From NCBI GenBank assembly GCA_030066335.1, contig JASJBV010000071.1, positions 1 to 40,860 on the forward strand: 40,860 nucleotides of DNA. Direction: 5' to 3'. Below the pieces are notes generated by a model. It saw only the letters and a program-made list of their open reading frames with translations. It ran no database searches and was not told the origin of the DNA. Numbering within the stretch: the stretch's first letter is position 1; every line of letters starts with the position of its first letter. The DNA comes from Gammaproteobacteria bacterium (GTDB taxonomy: Bacteria; Pseudomonadota; Gammaproteobacteria; GCA-001735895). Shown here in pieces: positions 1 through 9,851 of the stretch. The position numbers and the translations under genes are program-made.

Positions 1-294
1 GTATTCGACAACCTGCGCGATGTGGATGATCGAGGTATCCAGACCATGTTGCGAGAAATCTCCACCGACCTGCTGACCATGGCACTGAAGGGCGTGGATG
101 ACGAACTGCAGCAGAAGTTTCTCAAGAATATGTCATCCCGGGCCGCGGAGATGCTGATGGAAGATATGGAGGCCAAGGGGCCGGTCAAACTCAGTGAGGT
201 CGAAGCGGCACAGAAAGAAATTCTGGCGGTGGCGCGTAATCTCGAGGAATCCGGTGAAATCGTCCTCGGCGGCAGTGGCGAAGAGATGATTTAG
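1..294 (+). CDS. fliG: Flagellar motor switch protein FliG, 3' part (5'-truncated by window)
   Basis: Frame open from base 1 (VFDNLRDVDDRGIQ...); FliG C-terminal motifs NMSSRAAEML and GPVKLSEVEAAQKEIL; directly upstream of fliH. Confidence 0.97.
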   Translation, partial: VFDNLRDVDDRGIQTMLREISTDLLTMALKGVDDELQQKFLKNMSSRAAEMLMEDMEAKGPVKLSEVEAAQKEILAVARNLEESGEIVLGGSGEEMI

Positions 295-316
295 GCGGAT
301 TTGCGCAGGATTGAGC

Positions 317-1000
317 ATGGGGTCGCAGTCACAGAAAATACCAAAGCAGGATGCTGGATCAGCCCAGAAGTGGAATCCACCCTCGATGGATGGAGCCAGC
401 GATCAGGTGTTCAAACATCAGTTGGCAAGCGCAAACCAGGAGGCAGAGCAGAGAGCCGGTATGCCCACCGCCGAGGAAATGGAGCGCTGGCAGCAGGAAG
501 CACGCAAGGAAGGCTATGCAGACGGCCTGAAACAGGCGCAAGCGGAAACCGATGGGATCAAGCAACGCCTGCTGCAGCTGATCAATTTTCTCGAGGCGCC
601 GCTGCAGGCAATGAACGAGGAAGTCGAGCAGCAGCTGCACCAGCTGGCAGTTACCCTGGCCCAGCAACTGGTACGCCGTGAGATCCGCAGTGATCCCGGC
701 GAGATCATCGGCCTGATCCGCGAATCTCTCCAATTATTACCGGCCAATTCGCGCAAGATCCGGGTCCATCTGCATCCGGATGATGCCGAGCTGTTACGCA
801 ACACCCTGCAAATGGATCAACACGAAGAGGAACAGAGCTGGCAGCTGTTGGAAGACCCGACGATTACCCGGGGCGGTTGCCAGATCAAGGCAGACAAGTC
901 GGTGATCAATCTAACCCTGGAAAAACGTCTCCAGGCACTGGCGGCGTCGGTGCTGGGTGACGAACGCCTGGAGGAACAGGATGAGCCAGGCACGGATTGA
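317..1000 (+). CDS. fliH: Flagellar assembly protein FliH
   Basis: PTAEE motif, AxxxG(xxxG) stretch (ARKEGYADG), VHLHPDD and [10 protein letters not shown]; between fliG and fliI. ATG at 317 follows AGGA (307-310); alternative TTG at 311. Confidence 0.95.
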   Translation: MGSQSQKIPKQDAGSAQKWNPPSMDGASDQVFKHQLASANQEAEQRAGMPTAEEMERWQQEARKEGYADGLKQAQAETDGIKQRLLQLINFLEAPLQAMNEEVEQQLHQLAVTLAQQLVRREIRSDPGEIIGLIRESLQLLPANSRKIRVHLHPDDAELLRNTLQMDQHEEEQSWQLLEDPTITRGGCQIKADKSVINLTLEKRLQALAASVLGDERLEEQDEPGTD

Positions 1001-2414
1001 ACAGGCCGTCAGCGCCTGGGGGCAGAGTCTGGGTAAGACCCTGACCCATTGCGATGGCAGCTGTGCCAAACCCAAGGTCGAGGGCATGCTGACGCGGATG
1101 GTGGGCCTGACCCTGGAAACCGAGGGCTGCCAGGCACCGATCGGCGCGCGTTGTGATGTGGTGACACCCGGTGGCCAGACCGTGGAAACCGAAGTCGTCG
1201 GTTTTGCCGGGGAAAAACTCTACCTGATGCCCACCAGCGATATTCGCGGCCTGGTGCCGAATTCACGGGTGATTCCCACCAATCATTCATCGGCGGTCAA
1301 GGTCGGCCCCGAGTTGCTCGGCCGGGTCATCGATGGTCGCGGACGACCACTGGATGGCAAGGGCCCGATTCAAACCAGCCACGTGGTGCCGCTGGAAGGT
1401 CGTGAAATCAATCCGCTCAGCCGAACCCCGATTCGGGAAGCGCTGGATGTGGGGGTCAGGGCGATCAATGCGCTGACCTCGATCGGCCGTGGCCAGCGCA
1501 TGGGCCTGTTTGCCGGTAGTGGCGTCGGTAAATCGGTATTACTCGGCATGATGACCAAATACACCGAGGCCGATATCGTGGTGGTCGGGCTGATCGGTGA
1601 GCGCGGCCGTGAGGTGCGCGAATTCGTGCAGGAAATTCTCGGCGCCCAGGGCCTGAAAAAGTCGGTGGTGGTCGCGGCGCCGGCCGATGCCTCGCCGCTG
1701 ATGCGCATCCATGGCGCGATGCAGGCGACCAGTATCGCCGAATACTACCGGGACCAGGGCAAGAATGTATTGTTGTTGATGGATTCGCTGACCCGGTTTG
1801 CCCAGGCCCAACGTGAAATCAGCCTGGCGATCGGTGAACCACCGGCCACCAAGGGCTATCCGCCATCGGTATTTGCGCGCCTGCCGCAGCTGGTGGAACG
1901 CGCCGGTAACGGTGAGCAGCAGGGTGGTTCGATTACCGCTTTCTATACGGTGCTGGTGGAAGGTGATGATCATAACGATCCGATCGCCGACTCGGCGCGG
2001 GCGATCCTCGATGGTCATATCGTGTTATCGCGCCAGTTGGCCGAATCCGGGCAGTATCCGGCGATCGATATCGAGGCCTCGATCAGTCGCCTGGCACCGC
2101 AGATCATGAGTGCGGAGAATATGCAGCGAGTGCAGTTTTTCCGTCGTTATTACAGCCTGTATCAGCAGAACCGGGACCTGATCAATGTCGGCGCCTACCA
2201 GCCGGGTTCCGATCCCGAGGTCGACCTGTCTATCAGGTTGCAGCCATTGCTGATGGAGTTCCTGTCGCAGGACATGAACCAGGCGGTCAGTCTGGAACAG
2301 AGCTACGGCCTGCTGCAGCATTTGATGGACAGCCAGATCCAGGCCCAGGACGGACCGGTGGCGAATGCGATTGCCGAGCAGGATCAGATGCCGGTTGATG
2401 GTAGTCGAGGTTAA
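981..2414 (+). CDS. fliI: Flagellar export ATPase FliI
   Basis: Walker [17 protein letters not shown], Walker [22 protein letters not shown]; RBS GAGGA at 971-975 before ATG 981. Confidence 0.97.
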   Translation: MSQARIEQAVSAWGQSLGKTLTHCDGSCAKPKVEGMLTRMVGLTLETEGCQAPIGARCDVVTPGGQTVETEVVGFAGEKLYLMPTSDIRGLVPNSRVIPTNHSSAVKVGPELLGRVIDGRGRPLDGKGPIQTSHVVPLEGREINPLSRTPIREALDVGVRAINALTSIGRGQRMGLFAGSGVGKSVLLGMMTKYTEADIVVVGLIGERGREVREFVQEILGAQGLKKSVVVAAPADASPLMRIHGAMQATSIAEYYRDQGKNVLLLMDSLTRFAQAQREISLAIGEPPATKGYPPSVFARLPQLVERAGNGEQQGGSITAFYTVLVEGDDHNDPIADSARAILDGHIVLSRQLAESGQYPAIDIEASISRLAPQIMSAENMQRVQFFRRYYSLYQQNRDLINVGAYQPGSDPEVDLSIRLQPLLMEFLSQDMNQAVSLEQSYGLLQHLMDSQIQAQDGPVANAIAEQDQMPVDGSRG

Positions 2415-2419
2415 CCCTG

Positions 2420-2860
2420 ATGACGCGTTCCAAGAAGCTGGCACCGGTGGTGGAACATGTCAGGCAGGAGGAAGAAACTGCGCTGCAGGCGGTAGCGTTC
2501 AGTCAACAGCAATTACAGACCCAAATCGATCGCCTGCAGCAACTGCAGGCGTATAAACTGGAATATGAGAATAACCAGCTGTCGGACCAGGCCACGCCGC
2601 AGAGCGTGGTCGAATTCCAGGAATTCAAGCGCTTCCTGGCCCAACTCGATGAGACCATCGAGCAGCAAAAGCAGGTGGTGAGCCTGGCCGAGCGTGAACT
2701 CGAACTGAAACGCAATAACTGGAAACAGACCCGTTCGCGCTCGGATGCGATGCACAAGATGGTCGATCGCCTGCAGCAATCCGAACAGCAGCAACTGGAC
2801 AAGAACGAGCAGAAATCGCTGGATGAGTTTGCCCTGCGAAATTCCCTGAAGAACAGTTAA
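2420..2860 (+). CDS. fliJ: Flagellar export protein FliJ
   Basis: 146-aa Q/E-rich coiled coil after fliI, ending EQKSLDEFA. Confidence 0.92.
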   Translation: MTRSKKLAPVVEHVRQEEETALQAVAFSQQQLQTQIDRLQQLQAYKLEYENNQLSDQATPQSVVEFQEFKRFLAQLDETIEQQKQVVSLAERELELKRNNWKQTRSRSDAMHKMVDRLQQSEQQQLDKNEQKSLDEFALRNSLKNS

Positions 2861-2893
2861 CCGCCGTTTTTCTACCGGTGGTGTGATCGATCT

Positions 2894-2909
2894 TGGCACG
2901 GTTGCTGCT
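2894..2909 (+). promoter_or_regulatory. Putative sigma54 (RpoN) -24/-12 promoter for fliK
   Basis: TGGCACGGTTGCTGCT; GG (2895-96) and GC (2907-08) are 12 bp apart. Confidence 0.75.
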
Positions 2910-2974
2910 AAGTCATATTCAAACCATGCTTAAATCAGCATGCAATACGATGTAAACCAGCGATGGGATTGAAT

Positions 2975-4243
2975 ATGACTATTACCAACAACAATCTGCA
3001 ATCACTTTTAAGCCCGAGCCCGGAGCTGTCTGCCGATGCGGCCGGCGGGATCCAGGCCATGAATCTAGCGATGGAGGCTGAGACTCAGTCAGCTTCACCG
3101 GAGGCCGGTGAATTCTGGTCGATGCTGAATCAGCAATTGACCGATATCACGGCGCAGAATGATACCCAAGTCATTGAAAATAAAGAACTATTGGCTATTT
3201 TCAATGAGTTCGAGGCGGAACTGGAAATGACCGGTAATAGCGAGGACCTGTCGGCCAAGTGGCTGCAGATTGTCAATGCCCAGGTCATGGATGAGAGCAG
3301 CGACGTCACACCGAGTCAGGCAGCAGAGCTGGTCGATCCAGCCGGGATAGAGACTGTCGGTCTGGTCCCGGAGTTGGTGGATCAAGGCAGCGAGGCCATG
3401 GCGATGCCGCTATTGGCGGTAACCAACCCGGCTGCAACCGAGACCGCGAACCAGGTCGCTGGTGGAAACAGTTTGCCGCGGATGCGGCAGATCGCGGCCG
3501 GCTTGCCGCCAATCACCGCCGATAATCCCGCGCTGACTCTCCAGGAAGCTGACAGTGAGATGTTGAACCGGATGCTGATCGCCGATGACCCGGCGCTTGA
3601 GACCAGGCTGTCGATGGAAGCTCAACCCAAGGCAGCCGAGGTTGAAATCGATAAGCTCATGTTCAAACAGGGTGCCGTCGAACAACCGCTGCTGACCCAG
3701 CATAGGGAACCGGCGATCAATCTGCTGACCCAGTTGCAGCCAACCGCGACCAGCCCGGCGCAAAACCTGTCCCAGCTACCGACCCCCCTGCAGACCCTGC
3801 AGCTATCTCCGCAGTCCGCTGCGACCGAGTGGGGCAACGCACTGGGTGAGCGGGTCTCGTTCCTGATCAACCATAAACTGGAGCGGGCCGAGATTCGTAT
3901 CGATCCACCGCACCTGGGTAAACTGGATATCCAGATCCAGCTCAAGGATGACTCGGCAGTGGTCACGATTAACACCCAACAGGCCAATACCCGTGACCTG
4001 ATCGACTCTGCCAGCTTTAGACTGCGTGAGTTTTTGCAGGAGGCTGGATATAACTCGGTTGATGTCAACGTATCCCATCAGCAGCAATCGATGGCAGAGC
4101 AGGGTTTCGACGGTCGTCAGCAGAATTCGATGACCGGCGACGGCGAGGCCGATGACCCGGCGGCTGGCGGTCCCGTAAGCGACGGTCAAAGCGTTGAAAT
4201 GGTCATGTCTGTGGACCAGGGGCGCATCGACTATTTTGCCTGA
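2975..4243 (+). CDS. fliK: Flagellar hook-length control protein FliK
   Basis: Low-complexity N-region, C-terminal T3S4 domain (AEIRIDPPHLGKLDI...RLREFL), ends GRIDYFA; between fliJ and fliL. Start 2975 (GGGA upstream) or 2963. Confidence 0.93.
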   Translation: MTITNNNLQSLLSPSPELSADAAGGIQAMNLAMEAETQSASPEAGEFWSMLNQQLTDITAQNDTQVIENKELLAIFNEFEAELEMTGNSEDLSAKWLQIVNAQVMDESSDVTPSQAAELVDPAGIETVGLVPELVDQGSEAMAMPLLAVTNPAATETANQVAGGNSLPRMRQIAAGLPPITADNPALTLQEADSEMLNRMLIADDPALETRLSMEAQPKAAEVEIDKLMFKQGAVEQPLLTQHREPAINLLTQLQPTATSPAQNLSQLPTPLQTLQLSPQSAATEWGNALGERVSFLINHKLERAEIRIDPPHLGKLDIQIQLKDDSAVVTINTQQANTRDLIDSASFRLREFLQEAGYNSVDVNVSHQQQSMAEQGFDGRQQNSMTGDGEADDPAAGGPVSDGQSVEMVMSVDQGRIDYFA

Positions 4244-4392
4244 TCGCTGAGCCGGATAAGTCTTTGCGCAGCGAAAGCCCGGCCCGGGCCAGCGTCATTG
4301 CAGCAAGGCTTGATCGGGCGAAGTGTCAAATACTTGCTTTCGGACGCTGACGGCGCCTGTCAATTAACTGTCATTATTATTATTGTTCTTCG

Positions 4393-4405
4393 TAAGTCAT
4401 TGAAA
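4393..4405 (-). promoter_or_regulatory. Putative IHF site upstream of the fliL sigma54 promoter
   Basis: Minus strand TTTCAATGACTTA versus WATCAANNNNTTR (1 mismatch), in an AT-rich tract 31 bp before the TGG of the sigma54 element. Confidence 0.5.
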
Positions 4406-4423
4406 TAATTAAATAAAATTATA

Positions 4424-4439
4424 TGGCACTATCTTTGCT
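4424..4439 (+). promoter_or_regulatory. sigma54 -24/-12 promoter for the fliL-flhB operon
   Basis: TGGCACTATCTTTGCT matches TGGCAC-N5-TTGCW exactly, 30 bp before the fliL start. Confidence 0.88.
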
Positions 4440-4468
4440 TCTGTTACCCGTATTTAGTGGAGAAGCAA

Positions 4469-4966
4469 ATGGCCGAAGAACAAGAACCAACCGAAGAAGC
4501 CGCCGGCGGTGGCGGCGGTAAAAAACTCATCCTCATCATCATTGGTGCCCTGTTGCTGGTAGGTATCTCTGTCGGTGCCACAATTTTCATTCTCGGCGGT
4601 AACCAGGCCGAGGAAGAGGTGGTGGAAGTCGAAGCCGAACCGGAAAAGGGTGATCCTGAATATATCGAACTCAAATCCTTCACGGTCAATCTGGACCCAC
4701 AGGACCCGGTTGGCTTCCTGCAGGTGACCATCCACGTGTTGGCCTACAACTCGGATGTCGCTGATGACCTGGAGCAACACAATCCATTGATCCGAAACAA
4801 TCTGACCCTGTTGTTCGGCCAGCAAAAATCCGCTGATCTGCGCAGTGCCGAGGGTAAAACATCCCTGCAGCAAAAGGTGCACGAGTCAATTCAGCAAGTC
4901 ATCGAAAAGTATGGCAGTGGCAGCGAAGTGGATAGCATCTATTTCAGTGATTTTGTCATGCAGTAG
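4469..4966 (+). CDS. fliL: Flagellar basal body-associated protein FliL
   Basis: KK plus a single N-terminal TM, FTVNL, PLIRN, ends YFSDFVMQ; GGAG before ATG 4469. Confidence 0.95.
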   Translation: MAEEQEPTEEAAGGGGGKKLILIIIGALLLVGISVGATIFILGGNQAEEEVVEVEAEPEKGDPEYIELKSFTVNLDPQDPVGFLQVTIHVLAYNSDVADDLEQHNPLIRNNLTLLFGQQKSADLRSAEGKTSLQQKVHESIQQVIEKYGSGSEVDSIYFSDFVMQ

Positions 4967-5002
4967 TGGCTGCCAAATTAAGATAACTAACCGGATAATA
5001 AC

Positions 5003-6034
5003 GTGAGTGCCGATATATTAAGCCAGGATGAAGTCGATGCCCTGTTGCATGGGGTCGACGATGGAGTGGTAGAAACCGAGAGCGACGACAACCTGCAGGA
5101 CGGGGAAGCTCGAGCGTTCGACTTCAATAACCAGGAACGCATCGTTCGTGGTCGCCTGCCGACCATGGAAATGATCAATGAGCGCTTCGCCCGTTATTTT
5201 CGCGTCAGTTTTTTCAACATGTTGCGGAAAACCCCCGAGATCTCGGTCAATGGAATCCAGATGATCAAGTTCTCAGAGTATATCCATACCTTGTATGTAC
5301 CGACCAGCCTGAGTCTGATCAGGATGAGTCCATTGCGCGGGACCGGCATGATCATGCTGGATCCGAAGCTGGTATTCATCATCGTCGATAACTTCTTCGG
5401 TGGTGACGGCAGTATCCATGCCAAGATCGAGGGCCGCGAGTTTACCCAGACTGAACTGCGGGTCATCGAGAAGGTGGTGCATATGTGTTTTGCCGATCTG
5501 ACCCAGGCCTGGGATCCGATCATGAAAGTCGATTTCGAATATCACAATCACGAGGTCAATCCGCACCTGGCGAATATCGTCAGTCCTACCGAGGTGATCG
5601 TGGTCTCCAGTTTTCATATCGAACTGGAAGGCGGCGGCGGTGACATTCACGTGGTGTTCCCCTATTCAATGATCGAACCGATCCGCACGGTACTGGATGC
5701 CGGGGTGCAAAGTGATACCGATGAAATCGATGAGCGCTGGGCGGTGTTGTTAAAAGAGGAATTGATGCATGCCAAGGTCGAACTGAATGGCACCTTCTTC
5801 GAGAAAGAAATGAAACTGGCCGACCTCATCAACCTGCAGGCCGGAGATATCATTCCGATCGATATGCCGGAGCAGGTGACCTTATCCACCGATGACATGC
5901 CATTGATGCGTGGTCAGTACGGTGAGCACATGGGTAACGTGGCGGTGAAGATAGATCAGATCGTCGAGCTGGTCGACGCTGATGATGAAGCGCTGAAAAA
6001 TTTACAACTGACGATGAATAAAAAGGCTGGCTGA
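5003..6034 (+). CDS. fliM: Flagellar motor switch protein FliM
   Basis: N-terminal CheY-binding LSQDEVDALL, ERIVRGRLPT, FFGGDG, C-terminal SPOA domain; GTG start. Confidence 0.97.
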   Translation: MSADILSQDEVDALLHGVDDGVVETESDDNLQDGEARAFDFNNQERIVRGRLPTMEMINERFARYFRVSFFNMLRKTPEISVNGIQMIKFSEYIHTLYVPTSLSLIRMSPLRGTGMIMLDPKLVFIIVDNFFGGDGSIHAKIEGREFTQTELRVIEKVVHMCFADLTQAWDPIMKVDFEYHNHEVNPHLANIVSPTEVIVVSSFHIELEGGGGDIHVVFPYSMIEPIRTVLDAGVQSDTDEIDERWAVLLKEELMHAKVELNGTFFEKEMKLADLINLQAGDIIPIDMPEQVTLSTDDMPLMRGQYGEHMGNVAVKIDQIVELVDADDEALKNLQLTMNKKAG

Positions 6035-6082
6035 CAGCCTGGTTAGCAGATTAAGCATTGTTGCAGGACGGGAGATAAAAAA

Positions 6083-6484
6083 ATGAGTGAAGTTACAGAA
6101 CAAGCCGAAGATCAGAACGCAATGGCTGATGACTGGGCAGCCGCAATGGAAGAGCAGGCGGTCGCAGAACAGGATGTTGCCAAGGTACAGGCCCAGGCGT
6201 TGAATGAATCACCGATAGAAGGTGAGGTGAAACTCGATGTGGTGCTCGATATCCCGGTCACCATTGCGATGGAAATTGGCCGCACCAGGATCAGCATCCG
6301 TAACCTGCTGCAGCTGAACCAGGGCTCGATCGTCGAACTCGACCGCCTGGCCGGAGAACCGATGGATGTACTGGTCAATGGCACCCTGGTCGCCCATGGT
6401 GAAGTGGTTGTCGTCAACGAGAAATTCGGCATACGTTTAACCGACGTAATCAGTCCCGCAGATCGTATTAAGAATCTTAAATAG
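6083..6484 (+). CDS. fliN: Flagellar motor switch protein FliN
   Basis: DDWAAAM, LDIPVT..EIGRT, GEVVVVNEKFGIRLTD. Confidence 0.97.
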   Translation: MSEVTEQAEDQNAMADDWAAAMEEQAVAEQDVAKVQAQALNESPIEGEVKLDVVLDIPVTIAMEIGRTRISIRNLLQLNQGSIVELDRLAGEPMDVLVNGTLVAHGEVVVVNEKFGIRLTDVISPADRIKNLK

Positions 6485-6499
6485 CCAGGTTACAGCAAC

Positions 6500-6922
6500 A
6501 TGAAATTATGGCTATTCACTCTGACCCTATTTAGCGGTTCATTGCTGGCGAACGAGGCAGAGAATAATATCCCCGGCGTCGATCCGCTGTCATCCGGCTA
6601 TCTAGTGAAACTCACCCTGGGGCTGGTCGGTATCGTGCTGTTGATCTTCGCCCTGGGCTGGGTGATGAAAAAAATGCAGTTGACCCAGTTTTCCCAGAAC
6701 GGCCTGATCCAGATCGTTTCCGCGATCTCGGTCGGACATCGCGACCGAATTGCGTTGATTCAGGTCGGTGATGAACAAGTCCTGGTCGGCCTGACCCCCG
6801 GACGTATCCACACCCTGCATACCCTCAAGTCACCGGTGGCTATTACCGCCCCGGCGGTGGCTGGCACGGCGACTTTTAGTGACAAATTCAAGCAGGTATT
6901 ACAGCAGGAGAAGAGAAAATGA
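6500..6922 (+). CDS. fliO: Flagellar biosynthesis protein FliO
   Basis: TM segment followed by [22 protein letters not shown]; between fliN and fliP. Confidence 0.9.
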   Translation: MKLWLFTLTLFSGSLLANEAENNIPGVDPLSSGYLVKLTLGLVGIVLLIFALGWVMKKMQLTQFSQNGLIQIVSAISVGHRDRIALIQVGDEQVLVGLTPGRIHTLHTLKSPVAITAPAVAGTATFSDKFKQVLQQEKRK

Positions 6923-7665
6923 AACTACAAGGTCTGCTATTGCTGTTGATTCCGTTTATTAGCCTGTCGGCGGAGGCACAATCCCTGGGGATACCGGCCC
7001 TGAACATCAGTGGCGGTGCGGACGACGGCCAGACCTACAGTGTCACCCTGGAAGTACTGGCGCTGATGACGGTGCTGACCCTGCTGCCGGCAATCCTGCT
7101 GATGATGACCTCGTTTACCCGAATCATCATCGTGCTGGCGATCCTGCGCCAGGCCATAGGTACCGTTTCGACCCCGTCCAACCAGGTCATTTTGGGCCTG
7201 GCGCTGTTTCTGACCCTGTTCATCATGACCCCGGTTCTGCAACAGGTTAACGAGCAGGCCCTGCAACCCTACATGCAGGAGCAGGTTTCCGCGTTCGAGG
7301 CATTGGAGAGAGCGACCCAACCGTTCAAGACTTTCATGCTGGCGCAGACCCGGGAAACCGATATCCAGATGTTCGCCGATATCGCCGGGGTCGAGTCGAT
7401 TGAGTCGCCGCAGGCCACTCCACTCAGGTTATTACTGCCGGCGTTTGTGACCAGTGAGTTGAAAACCGCGTTCCAGATCGGCTTTCTCATTTTCATCCCG
7501 TTCGTGATCATCGACCTGGTAGTGGCCAGCGTGCTGATGTCGATGGGTATGATGATGCTGTCTCCGCTGATTATCTCTTTACCGTTCAAGTTGATGTTGT
7601 TCGTGCTGGTTGACGGCTGGTCGCTGATCATGGGCACCCTGGCATCAAGTTTCCTGGTGAGCTAA
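6919..7665 (+). CDS. fliP: Flagellar export gate protein FliP
   Basis: [47 protein letters not shown]. Confidence 0.98.
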   Translation: MKLQGLLLLLIPFISLSAEAQSLGIPALNISGGADDGQTYSVTLEVLALMTVLTLLPAILLMMTSFTRIIIVLAILRQAIGTVSTPSNQVILGLALFLTLFIMTPVLQQVNEQALQPYMQEQVSAFEALERATQPFKTFMLAQTRETDIQMFADIAGVESIESPQATPLRLLLPAFVTSELKTAFQIGFLIFIPFVIIDLVVASVLMSMGMMMLSPLIISLPFKLMLFVLVDGWSLIMGTLASSFLVS

Positions 7666-7667
7666 CC

Positions 7668-7937
7668 ATGACGCCGGATAACATTATCGATATCTCGCAA
7701 CAGGCGTTGTATGTCATCACCATGCTGGCGGCACCGATGCTGATATCGGCCCTGGCCATCGGCCTGTTGATCGGGATGTTCCAGGCTGCGACCCAGATCA
7801 ACGAGATGACCCTGAGCTTCATCCCCAAACTGCTGATCCTGGTGGTGTCGATCATGATCGCCGGCCCGTGGATGCTCGAGTTGATCCTCAATTACACCCG
7901 GCGCCTGTTTATCAGTATCCCAACTCTCATCGGCTAG
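7668..7937 (+). CDS. fliQ: Flagellar export gate protein FliQ
   Basis: FQAATQINEMTLSFIPK, GPWM. Confidence 0.98.
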   Translation: MTPDNIIDISQQALYVITMLAAPMLISALAIGLLIGMFQAATQINEMTLSFIPKLLILVVSIMIAGPWMLELILNYTRRLFISIPTLIG

Positions 7938-7945
7938 GTTTTGTA

Positions 7946-8722
7946 ATGCTCGAGTTCAGCGCCGCCCAAGCCACCGCCTTTGTCGGTTCCCTGTTATGGC
8001 CGTTTATGCGCATCGGGGCGATGTTGATGGCGATTCCGATCATCGGTACCCGCCTGGTATCGGTCCGGGTCAGGGTGGCGACCGCAATCTTGATCACCTT
8101 CCTGGTCATGCCCCTGCTACCGCCGATGCCGGAGGTGGACCCGCTGACCCTGGCGGGCCTGACGGTGACTGTGCAACAGGTCCTGATTGGCCTGGCGATG
8201 GGGTTTACCCTGCAGATGGTGATGGCGGCCCTGACCATCGCCGGTGAGGCCATCGCCATGAGCATGGGCCTTGGCTTCGCCTCGATGGTCGATCCACAGA
8301 ATGGGGTCAATGTGCCGGTATTGTCACAGTTCTTTCTGATCATGGGTACCCTGCTGTTCCTGGCCCTGGGCGGCCACCTGATGATCATCCAGTTGGTGGT
8401 CAGCAGTTTCCAGACCCTGCCGGTGGGCGAGAGCGGGTTACAACGTGAAAGCTTCATGACCCTGCTCAGTTTCGCCAGCCAGATGTTTATCGGTGCGGTC
8501 TGGGTCGCGTTACCGGCGCTGATCTCGATCCTGGTCATCACCCTGGCGATGGGGGTGATGACCCGTGCGGCGCCGCAATTGAATATATTCTCCGTGGGTT
8601 TCCCGGTCACCATGTTGATGGGCTTCATCATCCTGATGTTGATCATGCCCACCGTGTTACCGCGGTTTAATCAACTTCTGCTGCAGGGAATGCAGGTTAG
8701 CCAGACTATCGGGGGCCTGTGA
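7946..8722 (+). CDS. fliR: Flagellar export gate protein FliR
   Basis: WPFMRI, MGLGFASMVDP, RAAPQLNIFSVGFP; ATG at 7946 just after the fliQ stop. Confidence 0.97.
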   Translation: MLEFSAAQATAFVGSLLWPFMRIGAMLMAIPIIGTRLVSVRVRVATAILITFLVMPLLPPMPEVDPLTLAGLTVTVQQVLIGLAMGFTLQMVMAALTIAGEAIAMSMGLGFASMVDPQNGVNVPVLSQFFLIMGTLLFLALGGHLMIIQLVVSSFQTLPVGESGLQRESFMTLLSFASQMFIGAVWVALPALISILVITLAMGVMTRAAPQLNIFSVGFPVTMLMGFIILMLIMPTVLPRFNQLLLQGMQVSQTIGGL

Positions 8723-9849
8723 TGGCCGAACACGACACCAGTCAGGAGAAAACGGAACAACCCACCCCGAAAAAATTACGCGAAGCCAAACAGCAGGGGC
8801 AGATCCCGCGCTCTCGCGAACTCAACAGCATGAGTATCATGGTCATCGGCGCCTCCGGCCTGTTGCTGTTCGGCGCCTTCATGCTGAAAAGCCTGAGCCA
8901 GATGATGTCCACCGGCTTTTCCCTGACCCGGGCCGAGATTCTGGACAAGCAGACCCTGTTCCTGCGTTTTGAGCAGGCGTTCTGGGATGCCCTGGCCGGG
9001 ATTACCCCGTTTCTGGCCCTGATGACGATCGTCGCGATCCTGACCCCGTTGCTGCTCGGGGGCTGGGCCTTTAGCGTCGAGCAGATCGCCTTCAAGCCGG
9101 ATCGCCTGAACCCGATCTCCGGCCTGAAACGGATTTTTTCCGCCAAAGGCCTGATGGAACTGGTCAAGGCGATGGCGAAGTTTATCCTGGTGTCGGTGAT
9201 TGCGGTGGCGTTCCTGTGGTCACAGGCGGACACTTTCCTCAACCTGGGCAACGAGCCATTTATCCAGGGCCTGACCCATGCGGCCTGGCTGTTTGGATTC
9301 AGTTTCCTGGTGATGTCTCTGGCGCTGGTGCTGATTGCCGCGATCGATGTGCCGTTCCAGATCTGGGATCACAGCCAGAAATTGAAGATGACCCTGCAGG
9401 AAGTTAGGGACGAAATGAAAGAGACCGAGGGCCGTCCCGAGGTCAAATCCAAGGTGCGGGCATTGCAGCAGGAAATGGCCCAACGCCGCATGATGGAGGA
9501 TGTGCCCTCCGCCGATGTCATCATCACCAACCCGACCCACTACGCGGTGGCGTTGAAATATGACCCGGACAGCATGGCGGTGCCGGTGATCGTCGCCATG
9601 GGCAAGGATCTGATCGCGTTCAAGATTCGCGAAATCGGTATCGAGTCCGGGGTCGAGATTTTCGAGGCACCGCCACTGGCGCGTGCCCTGTTTGCCCATG
9701 GCAAGCTGGGACAGGAAATTCCGGGCCAGCTGTATTACGCCGTGGCCCAGGTGCTGGCCTTTGTCTTCCAGCTACAGCAGGCGCGCCAACACGGTTTTGA
9801 TTTACCGGATCGCCCCGATCCCTACATCCCCACCGATGAGCAGGTATAA
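8722..9849 (+). CDS. flhB: Flagellar export substrate-specificity switch FlhB
   Basis: EKTEQPTPKK, KETEGRPEVK, autocleavage NPTH, APPLARAL. Confidence 0.98.
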   Translation: MAEHDTSQEKTEQPTPKKLREAKQQGQIPRSRELNSMSIMVIGASGLLLFGAFMLKSLSQMMSTGFSLTRAEILDKQTLFLRFEQAFWDALAGITPFLALMTIVAILTPLLLGGWAFSVEQIAFKPDRLNPISGLKRIFSAKGLMELVKAMAKFILVSVIAVAFLWSQADTFLNLGNEPFIQGLTHAAWLFGFSFLVMSLALVLIAAIDVPFQIWDHSQKLKMTLQEVRDEMKETEGRPEVKSKVRALQQEMAQRRMMEDVPSADVIITNPTHYAVALKYDPDSMAVPVIVAMGKDLIAFKIREIGIESGVEIFEAPPLARALFAHGKLGQEIPGQLYYAVAQVLAFVFQLQQARQHGFDLPDRPDPYIPTDEQV

Positions 9850-9851
9850 GC

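Noticed and set aside
5009-5016. GCCGATAT at the fliM start
   Set aside because: No TAAA 14-15 nt upstream; it is simply Ala-Asp-Ile coding sequence.
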